Assembly (NCBI GenBank): GCA_020851325.1
Contig: JADZCY010000116.1
Coordinates: 1,780 to 65,779 of the forward strand
Source: Acidobacteriota bacterium
GTDB lineage: Bacteria; Acidobacteriota; Vicinamibacteria; Vicinamibacterales; UBA2999
Direction: 5' to 3'
DNA length: 64,000 bases
In this document: in pieces, positions 44,369-54,168 of the stretch
Layout of the letters: each line of letters starts with the position of its first letter
Position numbering within the stretch: position 1 is the first letter of the stretch
Translations under genes and position numbers: made by a program
The notes under the pieces: model-generated
The model's input: the letters and a program-made list of their open reading frames with translations, nothing else
What the model was told of the DNA's origin: nothing
The model's database searches: none

Positions 44369-47254
44369 CTAGGACTTAGGACCTAAGACCTCGGTTAAAA
44401 ACGCTCCCGTCGCCGAGCCTTCCGTCTTCGCCACCTGCGCCGGCGTGCCCTGGGCGATCACACGGCCGCCGGCCTGGCCGCCTTCCGGGCCGAGGTCGAT
44501 GATCCAGTCCGCCGACTTTATGACGTCGAGGTTGTGTTCGATGACGACCACCGTGTTGCCCTGATCGACCAGGCGCATCAGCACGTCGAGCAGCTTGCGC
44601 ACGTCTTCGAAGTGCAGGCCCGTCGTCGGTTCGTCGAGGATGTAGAGCGTGCGGCCGGTGCCGCGCTTCGACAGCTCGCGCGACAGCTTGACGCGCTGCG
44701 CCTCACCACCCGACAACGTCGTCGCTGATTGACCGAGCTCGATGTAGCCGAGACCGACGCTCTGCAGCGTGCGCAGCCGCGTCGCGAGCGGCGGGAAGTT
44801 CTCGAGCAGTGGCAGCGCCTGATCGACGGTGAGGTCCAGCACTTCGGCGATCGACTTGCCGCGATACTTCACGTCGAGCGTCTCGCGGTTGTAGCGGCGG
44901 CCCTTGCACTGCTCGCACGTCACGTAGACGTTCGGCAGGAAGTGCATCTCGATGGCGATGACGCCGTCGCCCTGGCACGCCTCGCAGCGCCCGCCCTTGA
45001 CGTTGAACGAGAAGCGCCCCGGCTTGAAGCCGCGCGCGCGCGCTTCCGGCACCATCGCGAACAGTTCGCGGATGAACGTGAAGAGACCCGTGTAGGTGGC
45101 CGGGTTCGATCGCGGCGTGCGGCCGATCGGCGACTGATCGATCTCGATCACCTTGTCGATGTGGTTGGTCCCCTCGATGCGCGTGTGCAACCCGGGCTCG
45201 TCGGCGGCCTTGTGGATCTGCCGCGCCAGCGACTTGTAGAGGATGTCGTTGACGAGCGTGCTCTTCCCCGAACCGCTGACGCCGGTGACGGCGACGAGAC
45301 GTCCGAGCGGAATGCGCACGTCGATGTCCTTCAGGTTGTTCTCGCGCGCGCCGCGGATGACGAGTTCGCCCTGCTTGCCGCCGCGCCGCCGCGGCGGAAT
45401 CTCGATGCGCTTCACGCCACTGAGATACGCGCCGGTCACCGACTCGTGGCCATCGCGCGCCAGTTCCGCCGGCGTGCCCTGGAAGATCACTTCACCGCCA
45501 AGGTCGCCGGCGCCGGGACCGAGGTCGACCAGGTAATCCGCCAGCCGGATCGTGTCCTCGTCGTGTTCGACGACGATGACGGTGTTGCCCATGTCGCGCA
45601 GGCGCTGCAGCGTCGTCAACAGGCGGCGGTTGTCGCGCTGGTGCAGGCCGATGGACGGCTCGTCGAGCACGTAGAGCACGCCGGTGAGGTTCGAGCCGAT
45701 CTGCGTCGCCAGACGGATGCGCTGACCTTCGCCGCCGGACAGCGTCGCCGCCGAGCGGCCGAGCGTGAGGTAACCGACGCCGACGTCGTTCAGGAAGCGC
45801 AGGCGATCCTGGATCTCCTTGAGCACGCGCGTCGCGATGATCGCTTCGCGATCGCGGAGTTCGAAGGCGTCGAACACCTCGAGCGCTTCGGAGATCGGCA
45901 GCGACACGTACTCCGCAATCGTGCGGCCCTTGATCGTCACGCCGAGGCTCTCCGGCCTCAGCCGCCGCCCCTGGCACGTCGCGCATTCGGTGAGCGCGCG
46001 ATAGACGTCGAGCTCTTCCTGCACCACCCACGAGCCTTCGTCGAAACGCCGGCGCAGGTTGGGAATCACGCCTTCGAAATCGCGACCGAACGGGTCCGGT
46101 GCGGCCGCTTTCTTCTTCGTTGCCGAACCGGCGGCCTTTGCCTTCTTCTTTGGCGCAACGGCTTCGGCCTCAGCGCCCTCGGCGCCCTTCGCACCAGCCG
46201 ATGGACCGAACAGCAGCAGGTCGCGCTGCTTCTTCGACAGCTTCGCGAACGGCGTCGCGGGATTGATGCCCCAGTACTTCGCGATGGACTGCAGCGCTTC
46301 GGCCACCAGGGCGGCGTCACCGCGCGCCCACGGCGCGATGGCGCCCTCGCTGAGCGACTTGCTCTCGTCGGGAACGATACGCCTGGGATCGAAGTCCCAG
46401 GTCGCGCCCAGGCCCTGGCAGTCGGGACACGCACCGTGCGGCGAGTTGAACGAGAACGCGCGCGGCGACATCTCGGGCACGCTGATGCCGCACACCACGC
46501 ACGCCAGCTTGCGCGAATACAGACGGTCGCCGTGTTCCAGCGACTGGATCATCACCACGTCGTCGGCGAGTTGCAGCGCGACGTCGACCGACGCCGCCAG
46601 ACGTCGTTCGATGCCGCTCCTGACGATCAGGCGGTCGATGATGATGTCGATGTTGTGGTTGCGACGGCGATCGAGCCCGATGTCCTCTTCGAGCGATCGC
46701 AGTTGACCGTCGATGCGCGCCTTGGTGAAGCCGCGCGCCGCCAGCGCCTGCAGTTCCTTCTTGAACTCGCCCTTGCGGCCGCGGACGATCGGCGCCATCA
46801 CGGTGATGCGCGTGTCCTGCGGATACGTCATCACCAGATCGACGATGCGCTCGACGGACTGCGACGTGATCTCGCGGCCGCAGTTCGGGCAGTGCGGGAT
46901 GCCGATGTTGGCGAAGAGCAGCCGAAGGTAATCGTAGATCTCGGTGACGGTGCCGACGGTCGACCGCGGGTTGGATCCCGTCGTCTTCTGCTCGATCGAA
47001 ATCGCCGGCGACAACCCCTCGATGAGATCGACGTCCGGCTTCTCCATCTGCTCGAGGAACTGCCGCGCGTAGGCGGAGAGTGACTCCACATAGCGCCGCT
47101 GCCCTTCCGCGTAGAGCGTGTCGAATGCCAGCGACGACTTCCCCGAGCCCGACAGGCCGGTGATGACCGTCAGCTTGTCGCGGGGGATATCGACATCGAT
47201 GTCCTTGAGGTTGTGGACACGCGCGCCGCGGACGGAGATCCAGTCGTGGGGCAT
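44369..47254 (-). CDS. uvrA: excinuclease ABC subunit A
   Basis: 961 aa. Two ABC modules ([28 protein letters not shown]), [24 protein letters not shown] signatures and zinc-finger CxxC pairs. Confidence 0.98.
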   Translation of the reverse strand: MPHDWISVRGARVHNLKDIDVDIPRDKLTVITGLSGSGKSSLAFDTLYAEGQRRYVESLSAYARQFLEQMEKPDVDLIEGLSPAISIEQKTTGSNPRSTVGTVTEIYDYLRLLFANIGIPHCPNCGREITSQSVERIVDLVMTYPQDTRITVMAPIVRGRKGEFKKELQALAARGFTKARIDGQLRSLEEDIGLDRRRNHNIDIIIDRLIVRSGIERRLAASVDVALQLADDVVMIQSLEHGDRLYSRKLACVVCGISVPEMSPRAFSFNSPHGACPDCQGLGATWDFDPRRIVPDESKSLSEGAIAPWARGDAALVAEALQSIAKYWGINPATPFAKLSKKQRDLLLFGPSAGAKGAEGAEAEAVAPKKKAKAAGSATKKKAAAPDPFGRDFEGVIPNLRRRFDEGSWVVQEELDVYRALTECATCQGRRLRPESLGVTIKGRTIAEYVSLPISEALEVFDAFELRDREAIIATRVLKEIQDRLRFLNDVGVGYLTLGRSAATLSGGEGQRIRLATQIGSNLTGVLYVLDEPSIGLHQRDNRRLLTTLQRLRDMGNTVIVVEHDEDTIRLADYLVDLGPGAGDLGGEVIFQGTPAELARDGHESVTGAYLSGVKRIEIPPRRRGGKQGELVIRGARENNLKDIDVRIPLGRLVAVTGVSGSGKSTLVNDILYKSLARQIHKAADEPGLHTRIEGTNHIDKVIEIDQSPIGRTPRSNPATYTGLFTFIRELFAMVPEARARGFKPGRFSFNVKGGRCEACQGDGVIAIEMHFLPNVYVTCEQCKGRRYNRETLDVKYRGKSIAEVLDLTVDQALPLLENFPPLATRLRTLQSVGLGYIELGQSATTLSGGEAQRVKLSRELSKRGTGRTLYILDEPTTGLHFEDVRKLLDVLMRLVDQGNTVVVIEHNLDVIKSADWIIDLGPEGGQAGGRVIAQGTPAQVAKTEGSATGAFLTEVLGPKS

Positions 47255-47292
47255 ACAGGGACGGCGCCCGGCCGGGCAGCCAATCCCCTATC

Positions 47293-48771
47293 TTACGCCC
47301 GTAAACGGCTGTTGCGATAGCCGTAGCCGAAATAGATCAGCAGGCCGATGGCAATCCACAGCCCGAAGCGTTCCCACGCCACCCACGGCAGCCCGGCCAT
47401 GACGAACACGCAGGCGAGGATGCCCAGCGGTGCGGTCACCCACACCATCGGCACCTTGAACGGCCGCGGCCGGTTGGGCTCGACCACGCGCAGCACCAAC
47501 ACGCCGGCGCAGACGAGCGCGAAGGCGAAGAGCGTTCCGATGTTGGTGAGGTCGTAGGTTTCGGCCGCATCGCCCACGGCCGATGCCATCGCCACCAGCA
47601 CACCGGTCAACATCGTCGTCACGGCGGGCACGCGGGTCTTCGGATCGATCCTGGCCGCCCACTGCGGCAGCAGGCCGTCGCGCGCCATCGCGAAGAAGAT
47701 GCGCGGCTGGCCGTACTGGAACACCAGCAGCACCGTCGCCATCGACACCGACGCGCCAAGCGCGACCACCCAGCCAACGCGCGTGAAGCCGGCAATCTCG
47801 AGCGCGCGCGCCAGCGGATCCGCCACCGCCAGTTCCTGATACGGCACCAGGCCGGTGAGCACCGCGCCGACGACGACGTAGATGAACGTGCAGACAGCGA
47901 GGCCGCCGAGAATGCCGATGGGCAGGTTGCGCTGCGGGTTCCTCGTCTCCTCCGCCGCTGTCGAGATGGCGTCGAAGCCGATGTAGGCGAAGAACACGAT
48001 CGCCGCGCCTTGATGGATGCCGGTGAATCCGTTCGGCGCGAACGGCGTGTAGTTGTCGGGGTTGATGTTCATGATGCCGACGCCCATGAACAAGGCGATC
48101 ACCGCCAGCTTGATGATCACCATCACCGTATTGACTGTCGAACTCTCGCGCGCGCCGCGCAGCAGCAGCCATGTGATCAGCATGACGATGGCGAAGGCCG
48201 GCAGGTTGATCAGGATGGGAATGCCGAGCACGTGTGGGGCCGAGGCGATCAGACCGTTCACCTCGGGATTGCTGCTGAGCAGCGCCGTACGATAGCCGGT
48301 GGTGAGAAACACCGGCAGTTGCAGGCCGACGCCGCGCAGCAACGTCGTGAAGTAATCGGCCCACGAGATCGCGACGGCGACGTTGCCCACCGCGTACTCG
48401 AGGATGAGATCCCAGCCGATGATCCACGCCACGAGTTCGCCGAGCGTGGCGTACGAGTATGCGTAGGCACTGCCGGCCTGCGGAATCATCGACGCCAGCT
48501 CCGCGTAGCAGAGCGCCGCCAGCGCGCAGGCGCCGCCGAGCAGGATGAACGAGAAGACCAGCGCGGGACCGGCGCCGTAGCGGATGACGACGCCGTCCGG
48601 GCCCACCTGACCGGCGGCGGCAGTACCGATGGCGCCGAAGATCCCGGCGCCGATGACGGCGCCAATGGCCAGCATCACCAGATCGCCGGCGCCGAGCACG
48701 CGTTTCAGCGAACGCGTTTCGTCAGTGACAACGAGATCGGCGATCGGCTTCCTGGCAAACAACTGCGACAT
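47293..48771 (-). CDS. APC-superfamily amino acid permease (cationic amino acid transporter-like)
   Basis: About 12 TM helices. N-terminal [24 protein letters not shown] block. Start taken at ATG 48771 (MSQLFARKP...); the track's TTG 48798 is also possible. Confidence 0.9.
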   Translation of the reverse strand: MSQLFARKPIADLVVTDETRSLKRVLGAGDLVMLAIGAVIGAGIFGAIGTAAAGQVGPDGVVIRYGAGPALVFSFILLGGACALAALCYAELASMIPQAGSAYAYSYATLGELVAWIIGWDLILEYAVGNVAVAISWADYFTTLLRGVGLQLPVFLTTGYRTALLSSNPEVNGLIASAPHVLGIPILINLPAFAIVMLITWLLLRGARESSTVNTVMVIIKLAVIALFMGVGIMNINPDNYTPFAPNGFTGIHQGAAIVFFAYIGFDAISTAAEETRNPQRNLPIGILGGLAVCTFIYVVVGAVLTGLVPYQELAVADPLARALEIAGFTRVGWVVALGASVSMATVLLVFQYGQPRIFFAMARDGLLPQWAARIDPKTRVPAVTTMLTGVLVAMASAVGDAAETYDLTNIGTLFAFALVCAGVLVLRVVEPNRPRPFKVPMVWVTAPLGILACVFVMAGLPWVAWERFGLWIAIGLLIYFGYGYRNSRLRA

Positions 48772-48802
48772 GCGGCCCGAGTGTAACTGAAAGCTCAACT
48801 TC

Positions 48803-48914
48803 GGGGTCAGGTCACGATTCGTGAGTTTCCGACGCGTCCACCGCTAGCTGTAGGGGTGTCTGCCCGCTCGCGCTCGAGATATGCCCTGCGGCTCACGAAT
48901 CGTGACCTGACCCC
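48803..48914. repeat. REP/MITE-like element: 23-bp perfect terminal inverted repeats GGGGTCAGGTCACGATTCGTGAG flanking a 66-nt spacer
   Basis: Forward 23-mer at 48803-48825, inverted copy at 48892-48914, identical to the 31357-31450 copies. It fills the whole gap between the permease start and the NHL gene stop. Confidence 0.85.
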
Positions 48915-48920
48915 ACGCCT

Positions 48921-49907
48921 TCAGTCGCGGCCGAAGACGAACAGCGACTGATTGGAAGCGACGGCAAGCTGATTGTCGGGACCGAGCGCCAGGCCGACCA
49001 GGCCGGGACCACCCGCCACCAGTTCGCGCGGACGCCCGGGACGCAGCGCGTAGACGCCGCTCTGTCCAGCCAGCGCCTCGATGACGTGCAGCACGCCGTG
49101 CGCGTCGAACGCAAGGCCCTGCGGGCGGCCGAACCGCCAGTCGAGCACTTCCACCGCACCGCTGGCGCTGACGCGGCGCAGCGTGTCGTAGGTGGAAAGT
49201 GTCGGCGCGGCAACATACAACCACTCGTCGGGTCCCATCGCCAGGTGGAACGCGGCCATGCTGCCGGGAATGGTGGCAACCGTTTCGGTGCGCCCACGCG
49301 CGTCGATGCGGAAGATCGTGCCCGAGCGATCGCCGACATAGAGGCTCCCATCCGGCGCGAACGCCAGGCCGGTGGCGATGCCGAGGTCCGACCCGACCAC
49401 TTCGTAGCTGCCGTCCTCGTGCACGCGATAGACGCGTCCTTCGAAGCGGCTCGACACATACAGCTTGCCGTCGGGACCCAGCGCCAGCGACGTGGCGTTG
49501 ACCAGGCCGTGCACGAACGGTTCGCGCACGCCCTCGGGCGTGACGCGAAACACCGAGATCGCGGCCTGCTGACCGCGTGAGCCCGAGTAGGTGACGTAGA
49601 ACGATCCGTCGGGCGCGAGCACCGGGTTGTCCACCTGGTGCAGGCCCGTGGCGGCGACACGCGGGATCTGCGCGAAGAGCGTCGCGCCTGGTGCCCACGA
49701 CACCTTGACGGGTTGATCGCCGGGCTCGACCTCCATGGGGACGGTGACCGCCAGGCGATCGCGCGCGGCAAACGCAATGCGTGCCGGCACGCCACCGACG
49801 GTCACATCGTCCGCAGAGGCTGATGGCGTTGGAAAGCCCTCGCCGTGAACCCGGAGCCGGCCGCCATGCACGACGCGGAAGGGCTCGAGGTTGGTCAGCG
49901 CGGGCAC
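48921..49907 (-). CDS. IPT/TIG + NHL/SMP-30-like six-bladed beta-propeller protein
   Basis: Repeated LAxGPDGxLYV blades (LALGPDGKLYVS, LAFAPDGSLYVG, LAFDAHGVLHV). Start uncertain: GTG 49907 is chosen because it lies 5 nt after the upstream HNH stop. The track's TTG 49982 would overlap the HNH gene by 71 nt. Confidence 0.7.
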   Translation of the reverse strand: MPALTNLEPFRVVHGGRLRVHGEGFPTPSASADDVTVGGVPARIAFAARDRLAVTVPMEVEPGDQPVKVSWAPGATLFAQIPRVAATGLHQVDNPVLAPDGSFYVTYSGSRGQQAAISVFRVTPEGVREPFVHGLVNATSLALGPDGKLYVSSRFEGRVYRVHEDGSYEVVGSDLGIATGLAFAPDGSLYVGDRSGTIFRIDARGRTETVATIPGSMAAFHLAMGPDEWLYVAAPTLSTYDTLRRVSASGAVEVLDWRFGRPQGLAFDAHGVLHVIEALAGQSGVYALRPGRPRELVAGGPGLVGLALGPDNQLAVASNQSLFVFGRD

Positions 49908-49911
49908 GGCA

Positions 49912-50445
49912 TCAGCTTTCGTCGAGTTCGAGGTTCCAGTATAGATAGTCGCGCCAGCTTTCCGGCGCCTGCCGCAGTCCAATGGTGATGCGCACCGCCG
50001 GCGCGGCGTTGGGCCGGCGCGGCGGACGGGTCAGACGCATGCCGGCTTCCTCGGGCGTGCGTCCGCCCTTGCGGCGATTGCACGACACACAGCAGGTGAC
50101 GATGTTTTCCCAGTCCTTGCGGCCGCCCTGCGACACCGGCACCACGTGATCGAAGGTGAGGTCCGGCGTCTGATAGACGCGGGCGCAGTACTGACACGAG
50201 TACGCATCGCGGGCGTAGATGTTGGCCCGTGAGAAGGGTACGTAATCGAAACGCTGTTTGATGCGGACGTACCGCAGCAGGCGGATGACGGATGGCAGCT
50301 TGAACGAGAAGCTGACCGCGCGCACCTCGCGGTCGTGGTGCGCGATGATTTCCACCTTGCCCTGGCACCAGAGCGTGACCGCCTTCTGCCAGTGGACGAC
50401 CTTCAACGGCTCGAACGTCGCGTTCAGGAGGAGCGTCTGCTCCAT
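49912..50445 (-). CDS. HNH endonuclease (stand-alone, about 177 aa)
   Basis: Start ATG 50445 lies inside track ORF 49912..50970. CQYCARVY...LTFDHVVPVSQGGRKDWENIVTCCVSCNRRK is the HNH/Cys4 motif. Confidence 0.85.
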   Translation of the reverse strand: MEQTLLLNATFEPLKVVHWQKAVTLWCQGKVEIIAHHDREVRAVSFSFKLPSVIRLLRYVRIKQRFDYVPFSRANIYARDAYSCQYCARVYQTPDLTFDHVVPVSQGGRKDWENIVTCCVSCNRRKGGRTPEEAGMRLTRPPRRPNAAPAVRITIGLRQAPESWRDYLYWNLELDES

Positions 50446-50552
50446 GGCGTAATCTTGAGAGACTGACTCGACTGATTCTGCCCGGAATGGCACCGCTCTG
50501 TCAAGCAACCAAACCGCGTAAAGTAGTGTGAGATAGGCAGTTACAGGCCCAC

Positions 50553-51122
50553 ATGCGAGCCCTTTCACGAAGCCTGCGCCTCGCCGGCGCCGTCGTCGCC
50601 GCCGCCACCATGGCGGCGTGTGCCTCGGGCGGCGCGGTCCCGCGTCCGTTCCCGACGCCTGGCGGCAGCAGTGGAGCGCCCGCTCCCGCACGGCCGGAGG
50701 CGCCGCGGCCCGACGACGAGATCCCGGTCGCGAGTGGCGCCGAGAAGTGGAATCCGATTGCTCTGACAGGAACGGCGCTTGCCTTGCGCGGCGCACCATA
50801 CCGGAACGGCGGCGTCTCCCCCGCGGGCTTTGATTGCAGTGGCTTCGTCCAGTACGTCTTCGGCCGTCATGGACTGTCGATGCCGCGGGAAACCCGAGAA
50901 CAATTTCGCGTCGGTCGCAGTGTAAAAAAGGATGACCTGAGGCCCGGCGACCTGGTGTTCTTCTCGACAATTGCGCCTGGCGCCTCTCACGTTGGCATCG
51001 TGACCGACACGGACCAGTTCGTGCATGCGCCGAGCGAGCGAGGCGTCGTGCGGACCGAGCGGTTGTCCGCGGATTACTGGCGGCGCCGGTTCATCGGCGC
51101 GCGGCGGGCGGGGCCAGAATGA
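50553..51122 (+). CDS. NlpC/P60 (C40) family peptidoglycan endopeptidase
   Basis: Signal/lipoprotein-like N-terminus (AATMAACASG). GFDCSGFVQYVF (catalytic Cys), SHVGIV (His), FVHAP. Confidence 0.9.
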   Translation: MRALSRSLRLAGAVVAAATMAACASGGAVPRPFPTPGGSSGAPAPARPEAPRPDDEIPVASGAEKWNPIALTGTALALRGAPYRNGGVSPAGFDCSGFVQYVFGRHGLSMPRETREQFRVGRSVKKDDLRPGDLVFFSTIAPGASHVGIVTDTDQFVHAPSERGVVRTERLSADYWRRRFIGARRAGPE

Positions 51123-53428
51123 CCATGATCAGGCAACTCTTCGGCTCGCGACCGTTTCTGTGGACCGTGGCCGTCATCGGCGCGCTGGCGCAGACCACGG
51201 CGGTGGTCCTGCCGCAGTGGACGCTCTACACGCTGCTGAGCGGGCTGCCCGGCAAAGGTGAACTGCAGGGCATCGGCGAGATGGCGCAGGCCACCGTCCT
51301 CTACGACGCTGCCGATCAGCCGGTCTTCTCCATCTTCCAGGAACAGCGCCGCGAAGTGCCGCTGGCTGATGTTTCTCCGCACCTGCTCGACGCGCTCATC
51401 TCCATCGAAGACCAGCGTTTCTACGAACACGGCGGCGTCGACGTGGTGCGCATTGCCGGCGCGGGGTTGGTGAATCTCCGCGAGGGCCGCTTTGCCCAAG
51501 GCGGCAGCACGCTCACGCAACAACTGGCGCGTCAGGGGTTCCTCACGCTCGACAAGACGGTGCTGCGCAAGCTGCAGGAAGCGCTGCTTGCAGTGCGTCT
51601 CGAGCGCGAGTTCACCAAGGCACAGATCCTCGAGCTGTACCTGAACAAGATGTATTTCGGCGCCGGCCTCTACGGCGCCGAAGCGGCGGCGCTCGGCTAC
51701 TTCGGCAAACGCGCGGCCGACCTCACGCTCGAGGAAGCGGCGCTCATCGCCGGCCTCGTGAAATCGCCGTCCACGCTGGCGCCCACGGTGAACCTCGAAC
51801 GCGCCGTCGCGCGGCGCAACCTGGTGCTGCAGGCGATGCGCGAACGCGGTGTCATCGACGACGCCGAACTCGACCGCGCGCGCAAGGCGAAGGTGGTGCT
51901 GAAGGACGCGCTGCGCGCCGAGGAGCCGTTCGGTCAGTACTTCAAGGAGCAGGTCCGAGTCGAGCTGATCGAACGCTTCGGGCGCGAACGCGTCTACGAA
52001 GGCGGGCTGAAGGTGTACACCACCATCGACGCCGCCATGCAGCGGGCCGCCGATGCCGCCGTCACCGCGGCGTTGAAGAGCCTCGAGAGCCGGCGCGAAG
52101 CGGCGCTGAAAGCCCGCCGCCGCAGTGACGCGCCGAACGCCGAGCGTCTGCAGGCCGCGCTCGTCGCGCTCGATCCCGCCACCGGCGAAGTGCGCGCGCT
52201 GGTCGGCGGACGCAGCTTCGCCGAAACGCACTTCAATCGCGCCGTGCAGGCGCGCCGCCAGCCGGGTTCGTCGTTCAAGCCGTTCGTCTACGCCGCCGCC
52301 CTGGAATCCGGCTACACGCCGGCGTCGCTCATCACCGATCTCGACGCACCGATCGATCTGCCCGATGGCGCCTGGACGCCGGACGACGAACATGCAGCCG
52401 ACGGCGAGATGACGATGCGCGCCGCCCTGGCGACGTCGAGCAATCGCGCCGCGGTGCGGATGATCGAAACCGTCGGCGTTCCTCAGACCGTCGCATTCGC
52501 CAAGACGATCGGTCTGGGTACCGTGCCGGCCGTGCCGTCCATCGCCCTCGGCTCGGGCGAAGTGTCACTGCTGGATCTCACCGCCTCCTACGGCGCCTTT
52601 GCCGCCAATGGCATCGTCCGGACGCCCTCGCTGCTGCGCAAGGTGGTGACCGCCGACGGCGAGGTGCTGTACGAAGCGACGTCCACCGCCACGCAGGCCG
52701 TGTCGCCGCAGACGGCGTTCCTGATGGCGTCGATGCTGTCGGATGTGATCAACAGCGGCACGGCGTGGAAGGCGCGTCAACTGGGATTCACGCTGCCGGC
52801 CGGCGGCAAGACGGGCACCACCAACGATTATCTTGATGCGTGGTTCGTCGGCTTCACGCCGTCGCTCGTGAGCGGCGTGTGGGTGGGCTACGACACGCCG
52901 AAGCCAATCCTCCCCGGCAGCGCCTACGCCGCCGACGTCGCGGTGCCGCTGTGGGCCGGCTTCATGAAGGCCGCCACCGCCGGCGACAAGCCCGAATGGT
53001 TCTCGCCGCCGCCGGATGTGACGACGATGACGATCTGCCGGTTGTCGGGCAAGCGGCCGGCCGCCGGTTGCGAACACGCGCAGGTGACGCTCAGCGACGG
53101 CAGCACGACCGAGAAGTCGATGCTGCGCACGGAGTATTTCGTGCGCGGTACCGAACCGCAGGAAACGTGTCCACTGCATGTCGGCCGCTCGATCTTCGCG
53201 CGCATGGCCGACTGGCTGGGTAACGCGCCAAGCGCCGAGCGTCACTTCCCCGGCGAAATTGCGCCCGCCGCGGCGGAGCCGGCCGCCGTGGAGAAACCCG
53301 CGGCGGATGCGGCCGTCGCCTCGGCGCCGGCGCCGGAGCCCGAGAAGAAGCGCGGCTTCTGGTCGCGCATCTTCGGCAAACGCGACAAGAACGCCAAGCC
53401 CGAACCGGCGAAGAAGCCCAAGAAGTGA
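51119..53428 (+). CDS. mrcA: penicillin-binding protein 1A (bifunctional GT51 transglycosylase / transpeptidase)
   Basis: EDQRFYEHGGVD, GGSTLTQQLARQ and RKLQEALLAVRLE (GT51). SSFKP, SSN and KTGTT transpeptidase motifs. Low-complexity Ala/Pro/Lys tail. Confidence 0.95.
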   Translation: MTMIRQLFGSRPFLWTVAVIGALAQTTAVVLPQWTLYTLLSGLPGKGELQGIGEMAQATVLYDAADQPVFSIFQEQRREVPLADVSPHLLDALISIEDQRFYEHGGVDVVRIAGAGLVNLREGRFAQGGSTLTQQLARQGFLTLDKTVLRKLQEALLAVRLEREFTKAQILELYLNKMYFGAGLYGAEAAALGYFGKRAADLTLEEAALIAGLVKSPSTLAPTVNLERAVARRNLVLQAMRERGVIDDAELDRARKAKVVLKDALRAEEPFGQYFKEQVRVELIERFGRERVYEGGLKVYTTIDAAMQRAADAAVTAALKSLESRREAALKARRRSDAPNAERLQAALVALDPATGEVRALVGGRSFAETHFNRAVQARRQPGSSFKPFVYAAALESGYTPASLITDLDAPIDLPDGAWTPDDEHAADGEMTMRAALATSSNRAAVRMIETVGVPQTVAFAKTIGLGTVPAVPSIALGSGEVSLLDLTASYGAFAANGIVRTPSLLRKVVTADGEVLYEATSTATQAVSPQTAFLMASMLSDVINSGTAWKARQLGFTLPAGGKTGTTNDYLDAWFVGFTPSLVSGVWVGYDTPKPILPGSAYAADVAVPLWAGFMKAATAGDKPEWFSPPPDVTTMTICRLSGKRPAAGCEHAQVTLSDGSTTEKSMLRTEYFVRGTEPQETCPLHVGRSIFARMADWLGNAPSAERHFPGEIAPAAAEPAAVEKPAADAAVASAPAPEPEKKRGFWSRIFGKRDKNAKPEPAKKPKK

Positions 53429-53431
53429 GGG

Positions 53432-54112
53432 TCAGGCGCCCATGCGGCGCAGCACAATCTGCTGACGCCGCAGCAGGCGCGTCGTCGGTCGTCCTGGATT
53501 GTGCGTGCGCGGGTTGATGATCGCCCCCGCCAGCAGCGCCGCTTCTTCACGCGTCAAGTCCGACGCCCGCTTGCCGAAGTAGGCACGCGACGCCGCCTCG
53601 CAGCCGAAGATGCCGTCGCCCCACTCGATCATGTTCAGGTAGATCTCGAGGATGCGCCGCTTGCTCAGGCTCGCTTCGAGTCGGCGCGTGATCAGCAGCT
53701 CGCGGAACTTGCGCATCGGATTGCGCGTCGGCGACAGATAAAGGTTCTTCGCCAGTTGCTGCGTGATGGTGCTGGCGCCGCGCGTGAAGCGGCCGTCTTC
53801 CCAGTTGCGTTCGAACGACGCCTTCACTTCGTCCAGGTCGATGCCGTCGTGATCGAAGAAGGCCGCGTCCTCGGTGACGACGACGGCGCGCTTCAGGTGC
53901 GGCGAGATGCGCGCGTAGGGCACCCACTGCTGGCGAATGGCAAACTTGCGGCCGGCGTCACGCGCTTCCTGCTGACGCAGGGTCATGAAGGCGGTGGCCG
54001 TGGGATTGGTGCGCACCAGCGGACGCACGTCCGGCAGCGTCAGGTAGACGTAGCAGACGTAACCGAAAGCAAGAGCGGCAAGCGCGATCAGGCCGCGGCG
54101 AAGGCGACGCAC
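53432..54112 (-). CDS. mtgA: monofunctional biosynthetic peptidoglycan transglycosylase
   Basis: 226 aa with one N-terminal TM helix. EDAAFFDHDGID, GASTITQQLAKNLYLS and RKFRELLITRRLE are GT51 motifs. Confidence 0.9.
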   Translation of the reverse strand: MRRLRRGLIALAALAFGYVCYVYLTLPDVRPLVRTNPTATAFMTLRQQEARDAGRKFAIRQQWVPYARISPHLKRAVVVTEDAAFFDHDGIDLDEVKASFERNWEDGRFTRGASTITQQLAKNLYLSPTRNPMRKFRELLITRRLEASLSKRRILEIYLNMIEWGDGIFGCEAASRAYFGKRASDLTREEAALLAGAIINPRTHNPGRPTTRLLRRQQIVLRRMGA

Positions 54113-54168
54113 CCGGCCATTATGAACGAACGCCTCTGTGGTCGGATGGCGCTCGCGCGGGCGCCGCG

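Noticed and set aside
44359-44382. Hairpin across the uvrA stop codon considered as an intrinsic terminator.
   Set aside because: The stem is only 8 bp and A/T-containing, and no U-tract follows on the minus strand. It is kept only as a note within the 15-mer finding.
46094-46204. Lys/Ala-rich segment in UvrA ([37 protein letters not shown]), considered as a novel insertion.
   Set aside because: It falls in a region of UvrA that is variable in length and sequence between species, and it is only modestly longer than the E. coli counterpart as I recall it. There is no evidence of a separate function.
49912-50445. Stand-alone HNH endonuclease as part of a restriction or anti-phage defence system.
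   Set aside because: There is no adjacent methyltransferase, helicase, ATPase or other defence-type partner. The neighbours are an NHL propeller and a cell-wall hydrolase. Small HNH proteins of this type occur as solitary conserved genes.
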